This document shows positions 12,450-25,631 of a stretch of DNA of 64,000 nt, piece after piece. Position numbers and translations under genes: made by a program. The notes under the pieces were generated by a model. That model searched no databases, was not told where the DNA came from, and saw only the letters and a list, made by a program, of their open reading frames with translations. The stretch is from NCBI GenBank assembly GCA_964106645.2, contig OZ067043.1. The stretch is one strand, 5' to 3'. The DNA comes from Podarcis pityusensis. Its lineage: Eukaryota. Each line of letters starts with the position of its first letter. Positions within the stretch are counted from its first letter, which is position 1.

Positions 12450-13560
12450 GCAAGGAAGTTGGCTTTAAGAGCGCCCGAGAGGAGAAACAAGTCCATTTCT
12501 GTGCTGTTTTTCCGAGCCGCTGAGATTTGTAAAGTTAACCGAGCCGCTCGAGAGAAGATACTACTGCCGCGCGCGCCAACCCCCCCTCCCCATCTCCCTC
12601 CGTGAGGGAAAGGAGAAGGCGGGAGGGGAAAAAAATAGAACAGCGCGCTCCCGCCGCCGCCGCCCAAACCGGAGGCGCGTTCCCGGTCCAAGGCGGCGCG
12701 CGCGCAGCCGGGCCGTCACGTGGCCTCCCTGAGGAGGAGAGGAGGAGGCGGAGCCGCGGCCGGGCTCGAGGGTCGGTGTCCTGGAGGTTCGGGCTCGCGC
12801 TGACCTCTCCCCACCCTCAGCCTCCGCCCCCCACCACCCCGCCCGCTTCTCCTTTCCCGCCAGGGCAAGCGGCGGCGGCGGAAGGAGCGTGGCGGCGTTG
12901 TTGCCCGAAGCCGCTGCTTTCTTTCGGGGGCCGGGAGCGGGCGCGTTAAGCGGGAGCAGCAGCGCCACCAGGTGAACGCGCGCGACCGGATTCCGTGCGG
13001 TGTGTGCGTGCGAGGCGGGGCCGAGTGGGTGGGTTCTCGGCGGGTGGGGGGGGGGGCGGGAGGGCCGAACGGAGGAGCAGTTGCCCGGCAGCCCCAGCAG
13101 GCGCGAGGGGAGCAGGGCCCGGCTGTGGGAGGGGCTCTGGTGACAGCCGTTGAGAGGGACGGGCCTGGTCAGGGTCGCCCGGGACGAAAGGGGGGGGCGG
13201 GGCGGGGGCCTCCCAAGGGCCGTGCGTGGCGACCGGGGAGGCCTGGCACTACCGAGGGCGAGTGACGGACGGTGCCAGGTCTTTGGGAACAGGGGGAGGA
13301 TGTGCTTCAGGAAAAGCAGCGTATTGGCTGAGCCCGGACTTGGGAGGAGGAAAGTGTGTGTGTTGGTGGTGGTGGTGGGGGGGGGTCCTCGCACTCGGGC
13401 CTGGTCTCTCAACCCGCAACCCCCCCACCCACCCCGGCTTACTAGATGCCCTTTGACTACGAGAGAATGGCCCAGGTTTAGACACAAGGTGGGGGGACCT
13501 CCAGGACAAAACACAATGGCCGCCCCTTTGCCTCGCAGCGCCCAGTCTCATAGGCAGTCC
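12450..13560. promoter_or_regulatory. NCOA6: CpG island / NCOA6 promoter
   Basis: Only strongly GC- and CpG-rich block in the window; GC boxes, GCGCGC runs, E-box GTCACGTGG at 12715-12723; lies upstream of the NCOA6 coding exons. Confidence 0.9.
12730..12971 (+). other. NCOA6: NCOA6 non-coding exon 1 (start approximate)
   Basis: Donor CAG|GTGAAC at 12971/12972 inside the CpG island, followed by a G-rich intron start; TSS not determinable. Confidence 0.55.
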
Positions 13561-14547
13561 TGTTTTTTTGGTACAAAACTCTTGCTTCGTTTGGTTTCCC
13601 TTGGTCATTGGTAGTGCACACGTGGAGTTGGCAGCAGGGGTTCGCCCCTGAGTCCAGAAGGACTGGGCCTCCAAACGCATTGCCCTGCTACATTTCCAGC
13701 AATTGTTTTGTTTTTAAATCGCTTGTCAAATGTGCCAGGCTCTTTGAGGTGAGATTCGCCTCTTTTCAAGATGCCCAGAGTGGTATGTGTAGTCGGGCTT
13801 TATGCTTCTCTTAAAGTCCTGAGGAGCCCAGACTGAATAATTTATCTGTAGCCTGACTTTTTCACTAAATTATTCACACATGTCTATTTCAGAATTATCA
13901 GATACACAAAGAGTCATGCTGCTGGTTTATAACTTGGATTGGTTGGGATAATGGAAAGAGTTGATATGGATGGGCTTATTGTGTGTAGGTGGGCTGCCAA
14001 TTGGGGTTAACAAATCTCATTAGAACCACAATACTTTTTTGACATGATATGTAGACAAAAATTACTAATATTAAATGGTCCTTCTGGTGTCACATAAGCT
14101 CTGATATATGATAGGTTGGATATGAAATAACATGTGATATATCCATGGAAGTTTTAGTATCTTGTTTGATTATGGCTCTTACCTGATGTTCCAAGTAAGA
14201 GGTCCTTATCCCAAGAAACCTTTTGAAATCTTAAAAACTGGAGAGTAATTCGTTTACTGTTAAGTATGGGAATTGGCAGCACTTGACGACTTGGTCTTAG
14301 AGGCTGTTCACACAGCAAAGTTATCCTAGAATAACCCTGGGAAAGGACATTGTCCGAGGATGACCCTGTGGCCTAAGTTAAGGGACCCAGAACCCTAAGA
14401 ATATCAGCACTTTTGTTTTTAAAGCTTATTGGTTCCTTCTTTATAGAATATTTTGAATGGCACATTTTACTCCTTTGGGTTTATATATTTGTTTGAAAAC
14501 AAATGATCAAAAACTATCAGCGATGCATAGGGAAGCTTTTAATGTTT

Positions 14548-14612
14548 GATGTATCACAGTATTTTAATATTCTTTTGGAAGCCGCCCAGAGTGGGCGGGG
14601 TATAAATAATAA

Positions 14613-14646
<34 letters not shown>
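14548..14646 (+). mobile_element. LINE (L2-like) 3' tail with (TTA)n
   Basis: ggaagccgcccagagt...gggcggggtataaataataaa(tta)n, resembles a lizard LINE 3' end. Confidence 0.6.
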
Positions 14647-14649
<3 letters not shown>

Positions 14650-15454
14650 TGTAAGCATTTGTTTTGGTCATAGGGCGCTCACATTACCATTTAAAATGCA
14701 AGAAAATTCAGTCATATCACTACTGGCTGGAAATGTCACTGAAATAACAAATGATGTAACCTGTGAATAGTGGTAACTTCTGCAAATTGCTTGGGACTGT
14801 TGGGGGTTTGAGATTCTTTGGTGGTTTAAAGTTTGGCTAATTATTCTGCTTGTTCAGCCCTTGTTCCTATAGTCTAAACTCTTGAGGGTTGTTTTGCAGG
14901 TGGCAAAGTGTAACTTAAATGGCTGCCAAATTTAACACAGGAAAGAGAATTCTAGCTTTGGACTTTGTTTGCATTTAAGTTTGATATGCCTTCTCTTTGT
15001 CTAAAGAAATTACCTTATAGGGGCAAATACAACCCCTAATAACAACTTGAGCAAAATACTGGTTTAATATGAGCAATTGTTTTATTGGCACTCTTTTTTT
15101 AAAGGAAAATGAAGGGTAGAAAGGGTCCCTCATTCTCTCTAATTAATGCAGAGGCTCATTATTATTATTTATTATATTTATATACCACCCTTAATCTGAA
15201 GATCTCAGGGCGGTTCACAAGATAAAAATACAAGATAAAAACACAAATAAATAGTTACAACAAAACAAAACAATGCCCCCACATAAGTACTTGGATGTAT
15301 TTTGTGGGTTAAGACGCAAATTATATGGGTTTGACCAGGAACTGAAAGAACCTTTCTAAGTGGAGTTCCCAATGAATATGATGTGGAAAGTAGTAGTATT
15401 TACAGACAAGTGATTGACTTTGTTGGAATATACTTTAGTATTACAGTGCTTCAG

Positions 15455-15491
<37 letters not shown>

Positions 15492-16699
15492 ATGCAACTG
15501 TTCACATAAAATTTCATAGCAGTGTACAAAGTTAAAATAACATCAACTGTAGCCAAACAATGAATGGGAAATACAAATTTCTGTTAAACAATCTTGGATA
15601 AAATGTAACAGGTATGTAATGTAGAGCTTAATATTTAATACAGTATTTAAATATGCTGAATCTATAATCTTCTGGAGATTGTTGAAAATTCACTGGTAAA
15701 TAATTGTGAGTGGGTAGGAACTTGGAGAAATGCAACTGTGTGGCTACAAATGCTAAAAGAATGTACCAACACAATTATCTTTCTGAGTTGTAGCCTTAGC
15801 TCTTAAACAAAAGAATTGTAGCTTATTACACAGCAAATTATTTTGGAATAACAAATCACTGTGAATTGCAGCCTTTGGTCTTCTACATAAAATATGGTGC
15901 TTTATCTAGCAGTTATCTTCTTACTGGGCAAGTTTTTGTTTTTCATAAACTAATTGGAAAAAGTATCGGGCTGCAATCTATACACACATGGTAAAAGACT
16001 CACTGAATTCCATGGGATTTACTTCTGAGTAGTCATGTGTGGTGTTGTACTGCTTTTTTCATAGTACACTAATTGACTGGGCATCAGAGTACTTTTTGTT
16101 GGTGCTTCTCCCTCAGCCTGGCCTCTGTTTTCCATTTATTTGTTGTGAAATATTCCACCACTCATACATTCCCTAATATGTTAAGTTTTAAATTTTTGCA
16201 ACAGAGTATTTTTTCATTTCTATGAATTAATCCAACTCCTGACTTCTTTCTGGTTCTTTTATGATGGGTGTAACTCTTCTATATTGTAAACATTTTGTTG
16301 TAAACCATCATGGGAGATGTTTGCCTAAAGGGTGGTATACAAATATACCAAATAAATTTATTTTAAATGCCCTTGTTGCTATTATGTATCTCTGCTACTG
16401 TATATGAGAGGTTTTTTAAAGTTCAAAAGGTGAGAATCTTACGACATATTATGCAAGCAGCTGAACTGAGAAAGAGTAAAACTGCTAGGATCCTTGTTTT
16501 GGCTTGGCAGATGCACACATCTTTTTGCAAATATTATTTATTACACTGTGTAATTTGTACATATATGTTACATATTCTTCACAATGTGGGACACAATGTT
16601 TCCCATTGTGGGCTGGGCTACAACAAAAAGTATAAGATCTAAACAAAAAAGCATAAAACACCAATTCACAGTAAAAAAAAGTATAGCATCAGTTACAAA

Positions 16700-16990
16700 A
16701 GGGAAAACAGATTCAGCCATCCCCAAAAGTTCAGGTAAAAAGGTGCTCCTTGGCATGGTGCTGAAATGTGTGCAAAATAGGTGCCAGGACACATTGGGAG
16801 AGGGAGTTCCAGACCTTGGAGGCCACTAGAAAGAAGTCTCTTCCATGTGCTGCCATGCCTTGAATCTTCTAGGGCAACAGAAATGCTAACAAGGCCTCCC
16901 ACAGTGAAAACACCTCTTTGTTTGGTCTGTTTTGGACAAGTTGATCTTTCATGTATGTTGGATCCATACCATTTAGGACTTTATATATCA
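16700..16990 (-). mobile_element. Degraded L2-like LINE fragment
   Basis: gggagagggagttccagaccttggaggccact resembles the reverse complement of L2 3' region; boundaries approximate. Confidence 0.45.
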
Positions 16991-19893
16991 AAGAAAAGAC
17001 CTTCTTCAATGTATAGCCCACCTTTGTGGTGGGCTCACCTGAGGCAGTTTACAATATGACAAAACCGTATACCAAAACAAGGTAAAATTTAGTCAAGGAA
17101 TAAAGTAACAATAATACTAATAGGAGAACAAAAAGCCAATTGACGAAAAGATGGCTTTAAAAGTGATTGATGCCGCTCCTTATGTTGTCTCTGTGTCTGC
17201 TGTAAATTCCAAATCATTTTTTGCAACCAACTTTCTACCTTCTGTTCTTCCTTCTCTCTTGAGTCTGAAGGAGAACTTGCTTGTAAAATATGTGCCACCT
17301 GTATAGGTCACTCACAGATCTAGTTTGCATTCTTTAATACAACATCTAAAGTGGTCCTGGTAGGGCCACTTCAGATATTAAAGTTTTCCTATAGGGAAAG
17401 CATTAATGTTCATACTGCTCATTTGGGGGTGATTCCACATCTCCATACATATAGTGTAGCTGTAATTGGCCACACTTGCATGTTTAGAAAAAGTTGGTGT
17501 AGCATGTTTCAGTCTACCTGTTGAGTGCTTGGATTTTTGTGTACAGTACTAATTTGTGTAGAAAAAGCTGTCTGAAGCAGTTTGCAATAATTCCCCACTG
17601 TTATCCTAGAACAAAGAAATTTTAGACACATAGTGGGATTACTTATAATCTTTTTTCTTTTCTCTAACCTTTTGCAGTCTTTGCCAAATCCTGGTTGCTG
17701 CTTTGCATATCTAAAGGATCTGTCCCTTTCACTTCTTGCATCTTCGACCAGACATTTGTTCACCCACATCTTATATTACAGCAGTTCCATCATGCTACTA
17801 TTGCTCCAGACTTGCTTTGTGGTCTCTAGAAACAAATGCGACATGCACTGACTTCTTGTCTTTTGCTACACCAGGTTCTGGTCCTTAGAGCTAAGGCTGT
17901 TCAGTTCCCAACCCCCACATTCTCATGTTCTGCACACTTACCTGTTATCAGTTTTCTTTCTTTCCTTTTCTTACTTTCTATGTGTCTGGTCAAATTTCCC
18001 CTATGATGTAGGTTGTCCACCTGTGCCCTACGGGCAGAGTAGGCACCAGACTATGGGCCTTTCCTTTTAGGGGCCCCATGACAATGGATCAAAATAAAAT
18101 TGATTTGATCTTGAGAGAAAATTACAAAAACATATTGGAGATAATGTGTGAGCCCCCCACCCCCCGATTTTGAGTGCCTAGGGGCCTCCACAGGGTTTAA
18201 TCCAGCACTGTAAATGGTTTGTGACCTGGATACTTTTAAAGTCTCCTCCTGAACAAATCCTGAATATTTTTATTTGTTGTATCCTTAAAATGAGCATCTA
18301 GTTAAGTAAATTAGCCTGAAGTTTAATGTACTTGTCTGGCACTGTAACATGTGTTACAATGGAGGTCTAAGATTTGGCAAGTGTCAACAATGGTAGACCA
18401 AACATTGTGCATGTCAAAACTTGAGACAAATATCACTGAATATCAACACTTAATATACATTAATGTACTCCAAAAAATTGGGCAAAACAACTATTTTCAG
18501 ACTTAGCAGGGATTCACATGTTAAAGTCAACATGCATTAGATTTTGGCTATTAGTTTAATTAATTAAAAATTACTTTAAACCTTTTTAATTATTTAAAAT
18601 GCAACCCCCATACATAGACACATAGAATCATAGAATTAGAGAGTTGGATGGGACTCTGAGAGTCATTTAGTACACGCCATTCGACATCCAATTTGAAATC
18701 ATCCTTAACCCTGCTGAGCTTTGAAAATGTGCTAGCAGTTTTACTGTTGCACCACTGGAGAAGTGTGATCAAGCAGTCCTGACTAACAGTGCTGGGTGCC
18801 TCAGTTATATTACTGGGTCATTCCATATCAAGTGATCAAATTTTTAATGATTTTTTTTTACTTCATGTCATCCAGTTTTCTTAAAATATTGTGCACTTAT
18901 TGAACAAAACTAAGTTTAAATCCAACATTTTATTTTTTTATCTCCTCCCATTTTTGAGTTATGAGGGTGATGTCATGTGCTGTTGTTCATTTGAGGTTGC
19001 ATTTGCCCAATTTTAAGACCTGGTGAGGAATAGATTATTATTATTATGTCTTGATATGTAAAACCACAGAATTCAAAGAGGGTGTATTTTCTTTTCCTGT
19101 GACTGTATATCTGAGTTTCTAACACTGACAAGAATAGTGTTACAGTTTCAATGCCCATTACTGTTTTCTCAGTCTAATGAAACAATGTTTCATATTTACA
19201 AAGCAGAAAAGTAAAAATAAATAAATCAGATGCCATTATAACATTACTGTATTGCCACTTTTAGCTGAACCTCAAGACAGTATTCTCACCTACATCTACC
19301 TGTTTTGGCAGGTAACACAGCTATATAGACAGGTTTTTAAGGATCTGCCAGTTCTAGATAACTATAAGCATGAAAGCATTCTATGTTGGTCCCGGCCCAT
19401 GGTGTGAAGGCACAGGTTGTAGCAGTTTTGTGGAAGCTATGCAGATCTAGATCTGGTAAGCATTTGGAAGGGAGTCTGTCTAGAAATTCTATGCATGTTG
19501 CTTAGAGTTACATCATTTGTGTTCCTTATGTCTTGATAGCTACATGCCAGGTGCAGGGAACATTTGACTCTCCATATGTTGCTGAATGAAACTCACACCA
19601 CCCCTGGTTAATTGGCCATGTTTTCTAAGGCTGATGGGAGTTGAAGTTCAGCAATATCTGGAGGACCAGATATATACTGTCTCTGAATGCCCGTTAGAGT
19701 TAGGGAGTGATAGTAGGCGAAAGCTTCTCTGTTTGTTTCCTGTTTGTAGTTTCCAACTTAACATGTATGGGACATATTGGATTGTTTTACTATCATGGAA
19801 GAAAGAGTCTTAGGGCATAGTTGGGAATTCATAAAGAGACAGAATGGTTAGAGGTCATTCTCTGTCACAGAGATCCAAAGTACCCTAATAGGT

Positions 19894-19944
<51 letters not shown>
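19894..19944. repeat. Compound (GT)n(GA)n microsatellite
   Basis: Direct inspection. Confidence 0.95.
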
Positions 19945-19949
<5 letters not shown>

Positions 19950-20571
19950 TATGTTAGCTTGGAGTTCTTTTGAAATGAAATCATATTGGACCCCCTTAGC
20001 AGATTGACACTGTCAAAATAAATGGTGGAGGTTGCTTGAACCTATGAGGTGCTATGTTTCTCAGCGTAGGATCTCATAGGACCAGACACAATGGTTCTGA
20101 CAGTGGCCCAAGTCCATCTGTAGTGGCTTTGAGCTGGGCACAATGCCACTCTGACCACACCACCACTTTAATACGGGATGCAAGAAGTTCTATATGTTTG
20201 TCAGGCCTTTCTAATAAAGGAAAGTTGGTAAGCTGAACTAGGCTTTCCTGATAATAAATATAAGAGGAGGAGAATAATGTTTCTTGGAGAAGGGGTAGAG
20301 TTAGACATCTGTTGTGGACCATTTGGATTGAACTGTACACCTATGAGAAAACTTGGGCACCCCTTTTATTTTATTTTTGTAGTTGGCAGAAGTATTATAG
20401 TCTGATATGCTTATGGCACTAATGACCTTATATAAAGTTATGTCAAGCTGCTTGTTTGTTTGTCTGGCCTTATATGGATCCAAAAAAGGGCAACCATATT
20501 AGATACCTTATTTTACACTTCACGTGTAATTTGGACATTTTATTCAGTTCCTGGACAAATAGCTTGTAAAG

Positions 20572-20710
20572 GGTGGGTGCCATAGCTCAGCAATACATAG
20601 GATTCATTGCATGCGTAATATTCCAGATTCGGCCCCTTGCATCTCAGATAGCCGGACTTGGAGAGCTGCTGCCTGTCAAAGGGTTAGACTGATCAAGTAG
20701 TCTGACTGTG
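20572..20710 (+). mobile_element. Degraded tRNA-derived SINE
   Basis: gggtgccatagctcag head; similar to copies at 2500 and 53573. Confidence 0.5.
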
Positions 20711-21102
20711 CAAGTTACTTTCATAAGCAACATTATACATGTGTGTGTTTTTCTTCTTAGGGTTAAACTCAAAGTGTGCTGAGACACAATCATCTAAAAT
20801 GCTTGTTAGGTTGAGATTAATGAATGCCGTTTTAAACAACATATAATGAAGAGCCTCTGAAAGTTCATCTTGGTAAGTAAAAAGGGAATAGAGATATTTT
20901 GGTTTCATGTATTGCTAATCATATGTACTTTTCTTTATGCCTTACTTTATGTTCCATAGTTTTGGTGACCCTGTTGGTCTAGCTGTTGGAGTTGGAAATT
21001 TTATTATAAGAGGGGTTGAAGTACCCCATCACAAATTCAGTGACATTCTCTTTAGTATGGAGAAAGTCTAGAGTCTGCTGGTTGGTATGGCCAGTGAGCA
21101 TA

Positions 21103-21485
21103 CAGTGGTGCCTCGCAAGACGAAATTAATTCGTTCCGCGAGTTTTGTCGTCTTGCAATTTTTTTTGTCTTGCGAAGCACGGTGTCGGGAAAGTTTTGGA
21201 AAAGCTTCAAAAATCACCAAAGTCTTTAAAAACCTCAAAAAAGGCTACCACACCGCGTTCTATGAGTTGCTCCTCGAAGTCAAGTCGCAACTGTATTAAC
21301 GGTGTTAAGAAAAAGGAAACAAACTGTATTAACGGTGTTAAGAAAAAGGAAACAAACAAACGTTTCCGTCTGGCGAAGCAAGCCCATAGCGAAAATCGTC
21401 TTGCGAAGCAACTCAAAAAACAAAAAACCCTTTCGTCTAGCGAGTTTTTTGTCTTGCGAGGCATTCCTTTTGCGAGGTACCACTG
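21103..21485. mobile_element. Tc1/mariner-type MITE (copy A) with internal 33-bp tandem duplication
   Basis: TA|CAGTGGTGCCTCGCAA ... TTGCGAGGTACCACTG|TA; repeated GCAAGACGAA subterminal motif; aactgtattaacggtgttaagaaaaaggaaaca x2 at 21289-21354. Confidence 0.9.
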
Positions 21486-23573
21486 TATTAGTTGTGGTAA
21501 AGCTTACAGTCATGCCCTTGTTACTTCTTGAACATGTGAGAGGGTTTGTTTGAAAATTCCTATAGCTATATGCCAAACTGACAGGTGTATTTTAGGCAAG
21601 TACTTTTTAGAAACTTTATAGGTAAAGCCACTAGAAGAGAATTTGGAGTGTGGAAATTATGGGTAGGGAAATCTTGCTCCTCTACTGCTTCTCCACTCTA
21701 AAACTAAAATGGTTTTACTTTGTTTAAACAAATTATATATATTGGAGTTTAATGAGTAGATAGCACATGAACATAGGGTGGGATTCAAAAAAGTTGTTGA
21801 GGTTTTTTGGGAGGGCAAGGTTGTTGAGCTATTTCTGAAGAAAATCAGAAAAAAAAACTCTGCCAATTTCCGCCCGGACACTGCAATATTCCAGAAATGT
21901 CAACCCTAGGTTTTGCAGACATCTTGTCTGTGCAAGCATTGCCAGATGGAACAATCCCCCCTCTTCTCCCCTGTGCATTGTTCTGGGGGCTCACCCGCTC
22001 TAGCCAAGCTTGGGGGCATGTGACAGAGAGGAGAGGGGGAAAGCCCCATTGTGCAAGCAGGCGTGATGGATTCAAATCAAAGTTTCACAGGTCTAAATTC
22101 AATGCTTTCCACAATTCTCTTGTTTGTTCACCAGTAGCTAGAGTGTGATAGCATACAACAAACAGCTGAAAGAAGATGTGGTTTGCTAATGTATTTTATT
22201 TTTTAAGAAACAGAGGCTTGTGGAGAGTTAATTATTTTTCCCTTCTTCTTGAAAAAAATCTTTTAGGTTTATTGTTATCTAGGAAGGGCAACAGGACCTC
22301 ATCCAGAATCTAATCCAGATTGGCACCATGTTGTATGATTTTGTGGATAACATGATCGTCATTCAACTTAAGATAATTGTGGAGATATGACTAACAGGTA
22401 TCCAACCTCTTAGAAAAACAAGTATTAGAATGTTAGCAAGCCATTGATGTCTGCAGTGTGAGCTTTTGCTATGCAGATATAGCAGAGAATAATGCAGATC
22501 ACCTATGTACAAATAAAATTATTCACTAATGAAATGGTTTTAGTATTTCAGAAATTAGCAAATGCCAGTTGCAGATTGTCAAATGTTCAGAATTTAATAG
22601 ATATGCAGCCTAATCCAGTCATATTAATCTGCAAATAAGTCTCATTTAGCTAAGTATAACCTACTGCCATGTATGTTTGTATAGGATAAAACCTTATAAA
22701 ATAATTATAATATTTAAGAAAGAAACATTAAGCATATATGCCCTATTGAACTCATTGGCACTAACTTGTGAATAGTCATGCATAGGCTCATGTTCTAAGT
22801 GAGCTATAAAGTCATCAGCATAAAGGAGAAAAAACTCAACCTTAATGTTGTGTGTTCAGTATGTGTGAGTGGCCTCAGATATTTAAAATTCCTATGCTGC
22901 ATAAATACATGTATACCAATTTCATATATAATTTGCCAAGTCTTATCTCGGTATGGGTGGAGAGACTACTATCAGAAAATTATTTTGGTTAGCTTTATTT
23001 ATTTATTTATTTAATAGATTTATAGAACCCCTTCTGTAAACTTCTGCCTCTGCAAACTCTCCCTTGATTAGGGAAATAAAACATGACATGCTGACTTCCT
23101 CAGCGCAGATCAAACAAACAAACATTTATTTATTTTTTAACATTCTAAAATTATTTGTTACTAGATTTCTTAATAACTAAGTTAACATTAACCAATACAG
23201 ATGTAAGTATGTTAGCCCTATGGTTAATCGCTAAACGGAAAAATGCTTCTACCATATATGCAAATTTAATGGAGACTTTCCTGTATAAATGAAGAACTTT
23301 TTAAAAATCACTCCTCGCATTTTACACTCTACCTACCAGATATAGGGTTGTATCCAACTAAATCAGTGAATGGATATCCTTTTTTAAAAAAGATGGTTTT
23401 ACTTTTTATCGTTGATAAAAAATATTTGAAGGATTATGTTGACTTTTGGTGAAACACTTAGGAACTAATATAATGATGTCCATGCTTGATTTGGTTCAGA
23501 GCAAAAGAAAACCCACCCCTTAATTAATTTTAACTGGATACATCTGCAGATTTGTCACAGCTGAAGTTTTCAG

Positions 23574-23686
23574 AGGATTGGACTCCCACTGTCTGCAAAA
23601 GCAGACCAGCAACCTGAATTCTCCTATGGCTCAATTTTTCTGGGTCAGCTTAAATTGTCATGCAGCTTCTGATACAGAATCTCCAG
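23574..23686 (+). other. NCOA6: Candidate NCOA6 non-coding exon 2 (5'UTR), contains two upstream ATGs
   Basis: Strong donor CAG|GTAAGC at 23686; acceptors possible at 23549, 23560 or 23573; from recollection mammalian NCOA6 has a short second non-coding exon. Confidence 0.55.
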
Positions 23687-24119
23687 GTAAGCTATTTTTT
23701 TATTAGCAATATTTATTAATACGTGATAAATGAAAACATTAGTTTTACTTTATATCTGCTAAGGCCTTTCTAGATAGGTGCCTTCTCTGGGGAGGAAAAC
23801 CTGTTCCTTTAGTACTATATTAGTAAATGCACAGCGTCTGAAGAAAGTAGAAAAGCTTTGGTATGTATGTCAGCGATGTCATGGGTACCATCCAGTAGAT
23901 GCTCATGTCACTGCTTTCCCTAATAGTTGTTCTTTTGTATAATAATTGTACAGTGGTTGCTCAGTATTCTATAGCTGTATAGTAGTTGTTTTTATTGTGG
24001 TGAAGGTAGAGGTTTCTCAGCAATTGCATTTGGCAGCCCCATTGCTGGGGAGCAGTGATTCATAGCAGCTGTAGGAGCACCAGACAATCTGCTAGTGACT
24101 ACTGGCTAAAGCTGTGTCA

Positions 24120-24420
24120 GAGCTGTGGAACTCCCTGCCTATTGACATTAGGCAAGCACCTTTGCTGTACTCTTTTTGGTGCCTATTTAAAACATTTCTG
24201 TTTAGACAAGCCTATCCTTACATGTAGAAGTTATGTGTATTTTATCTTTCTTTTTTTTAGGAAGTTTGATTTTAATTAAACCGTTGAAAGATTTTATATA
24301 CTCAGTTGTAACTGTTTTTAATGGATATTTTTTAATGTTTTACTTCATATTTTTGTAAACCACTCAGAGGAGTTGTTTGTTTTTGTTTTTACAATCAAGC
24401 AGTATATAAATGCCAAATAC
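24120..24420 (+). mobile_element. L2-like LINE 3' fragment
   Basis: ctgtggaactccctgcct...taaaacatttctgtttagacaagcct resembles an L2 3' end; boundaries approximate. Confidence 0.55.
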
Positions 24421-24486
24421 ACGTCATTTATTTATTTATATATTTATTTAGTTCATTTGTTAGTTATTGCATTTTCATTTTACCTT

Positions 24487-24672
24487 AATCTCCAAGGAGC
24501 TCAAGGTAGCATACATGATTCTCTCCTTCCTCTTTTAATCCCCACAACAGCCCTGTGACGTAGGGTAGGCTGAGAGGCAGTGAGTGGCCCAAGATCACCC
24601 AGTGAACTTTATGACTGAGTGGTGATTGAACCCTGGTCTTCCAGGTACTAGACCCAAACTACACTCTTAACT
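24487..24672 (-). mobile_element. tRNA/CORE SINE (Squam3/MIR-like)
   Basis: cccacaacagccctgtgacgtagggtaggctgagag...cccaagatcacccag, similar to the 11255 copy. Confidence 0.65.
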
Positions 24673-24809
24673 GGATAAATAGATCACTTTATCATGCATT
24701 CCATAATTATTTTCTAAAATAAAAATGGGGAGTGACTTTGCTAAAAGAACCCTTGTGGTTTCATTCTGATGGGGCTTTTTTTTAAAGAATTTTAGAATTA
24801 TTAAAAATA

Positions 24810-25193
24810 CAGTGGTGCCCCGCAAGACGAATGCCTCGCAAGACGGAAAACCCGCTAGACGAAAGGGTTTTCCGTTTTGGAGGTGCTTCGCAAAACGAAT
24901 TTCCTATGGGCTTGCTTCGCAAGACGAAAATGTCTTGCGAGTTCCTGCGGGTTTTTTTTCCTCCCCCCCCCTTTTTCCCAAGCCGCTAAGCCACTTATCA
25001 GCTGATCCGCTAAGCCGCTTAACAGCTGATCCGTTAAGCCACTAAGCCGCTTATCATCTGATCCGCTAAGCCCGCTAAGCCACTAATAGCGCTAATCCGC
25101 TAAACCGCTAATGGGCTTGCTTCGCAAGACGAAAAAACCGCAAGACGAAGAGACTCGTGGAACGGATTCTTTTCGTCTTGCGAGGTACCACTG
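24810..25193. mobile_element. Tc1/mariner-type MITE (copy B), inverted relative to copy A, with internal CCGCTAAG minisatellite
   Basis: TA|CAGTGGTGCCCCGCAAGACG ... CGTCTTGCGAGGTACCACTG|TA; arms match the reverse complement of 21103-21485. Confidence 0.9.
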
Positions 25194-25631
25194 TAAGAAG
25201 ACAAATCCTGTGTCAGTTCCCCCCACAGTATGCTTTCCCACCACCATTAAAAATTGCTAAATAATTTCCTTTCCTGGGGGGCAGAGTGATGAAATGGGTT
25301 TTGAGAAAGTCATTGGGACTCTCTCACAGACTCCTTTGGGAGAGTTTTGAGGTGGTGATTTTGATTATTATTATTTTAGGGTGTGGGGGTTCATTTCAGC
25401 CTCAGTTTTTATGTAAGCAGCTTATGAACATAATACATTTTGAGATCTAAACAAGGTAAGAACAAAATAGAAATACTATTAACAATAAGCTCTGCTTGTA
25501 TAGATGTAAAATTGTGCATGTATTTATAAACAATATATTTTAAATATATAAATAATATATTTCAAACTTATTTTCTTTTATAGGTTTGTCTTAATACCTG
25601 ATTAGCTTCCACTGCAGCAAATTACATAGTC

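Noticed and set aside
12242-13680. Overlapping long ORFs (up to 317 aa) on both strands of the CpG island
   Set aside because: Low-complexity R/P/G/A products expected from stop-poor GC-rich DNA; no recognisable domain
21087-21576. ORFs with repeated peptides (CINGVKKKETN x2)
   Set aside because: By-product of a 33-bp tandem duplication inside a MITE; no transposase similarity
24980-25112. CRISPR-like repeat array
   Set aside because: Eukaryotic locus, no unique spacers; it is a minisatellite inside a MITE
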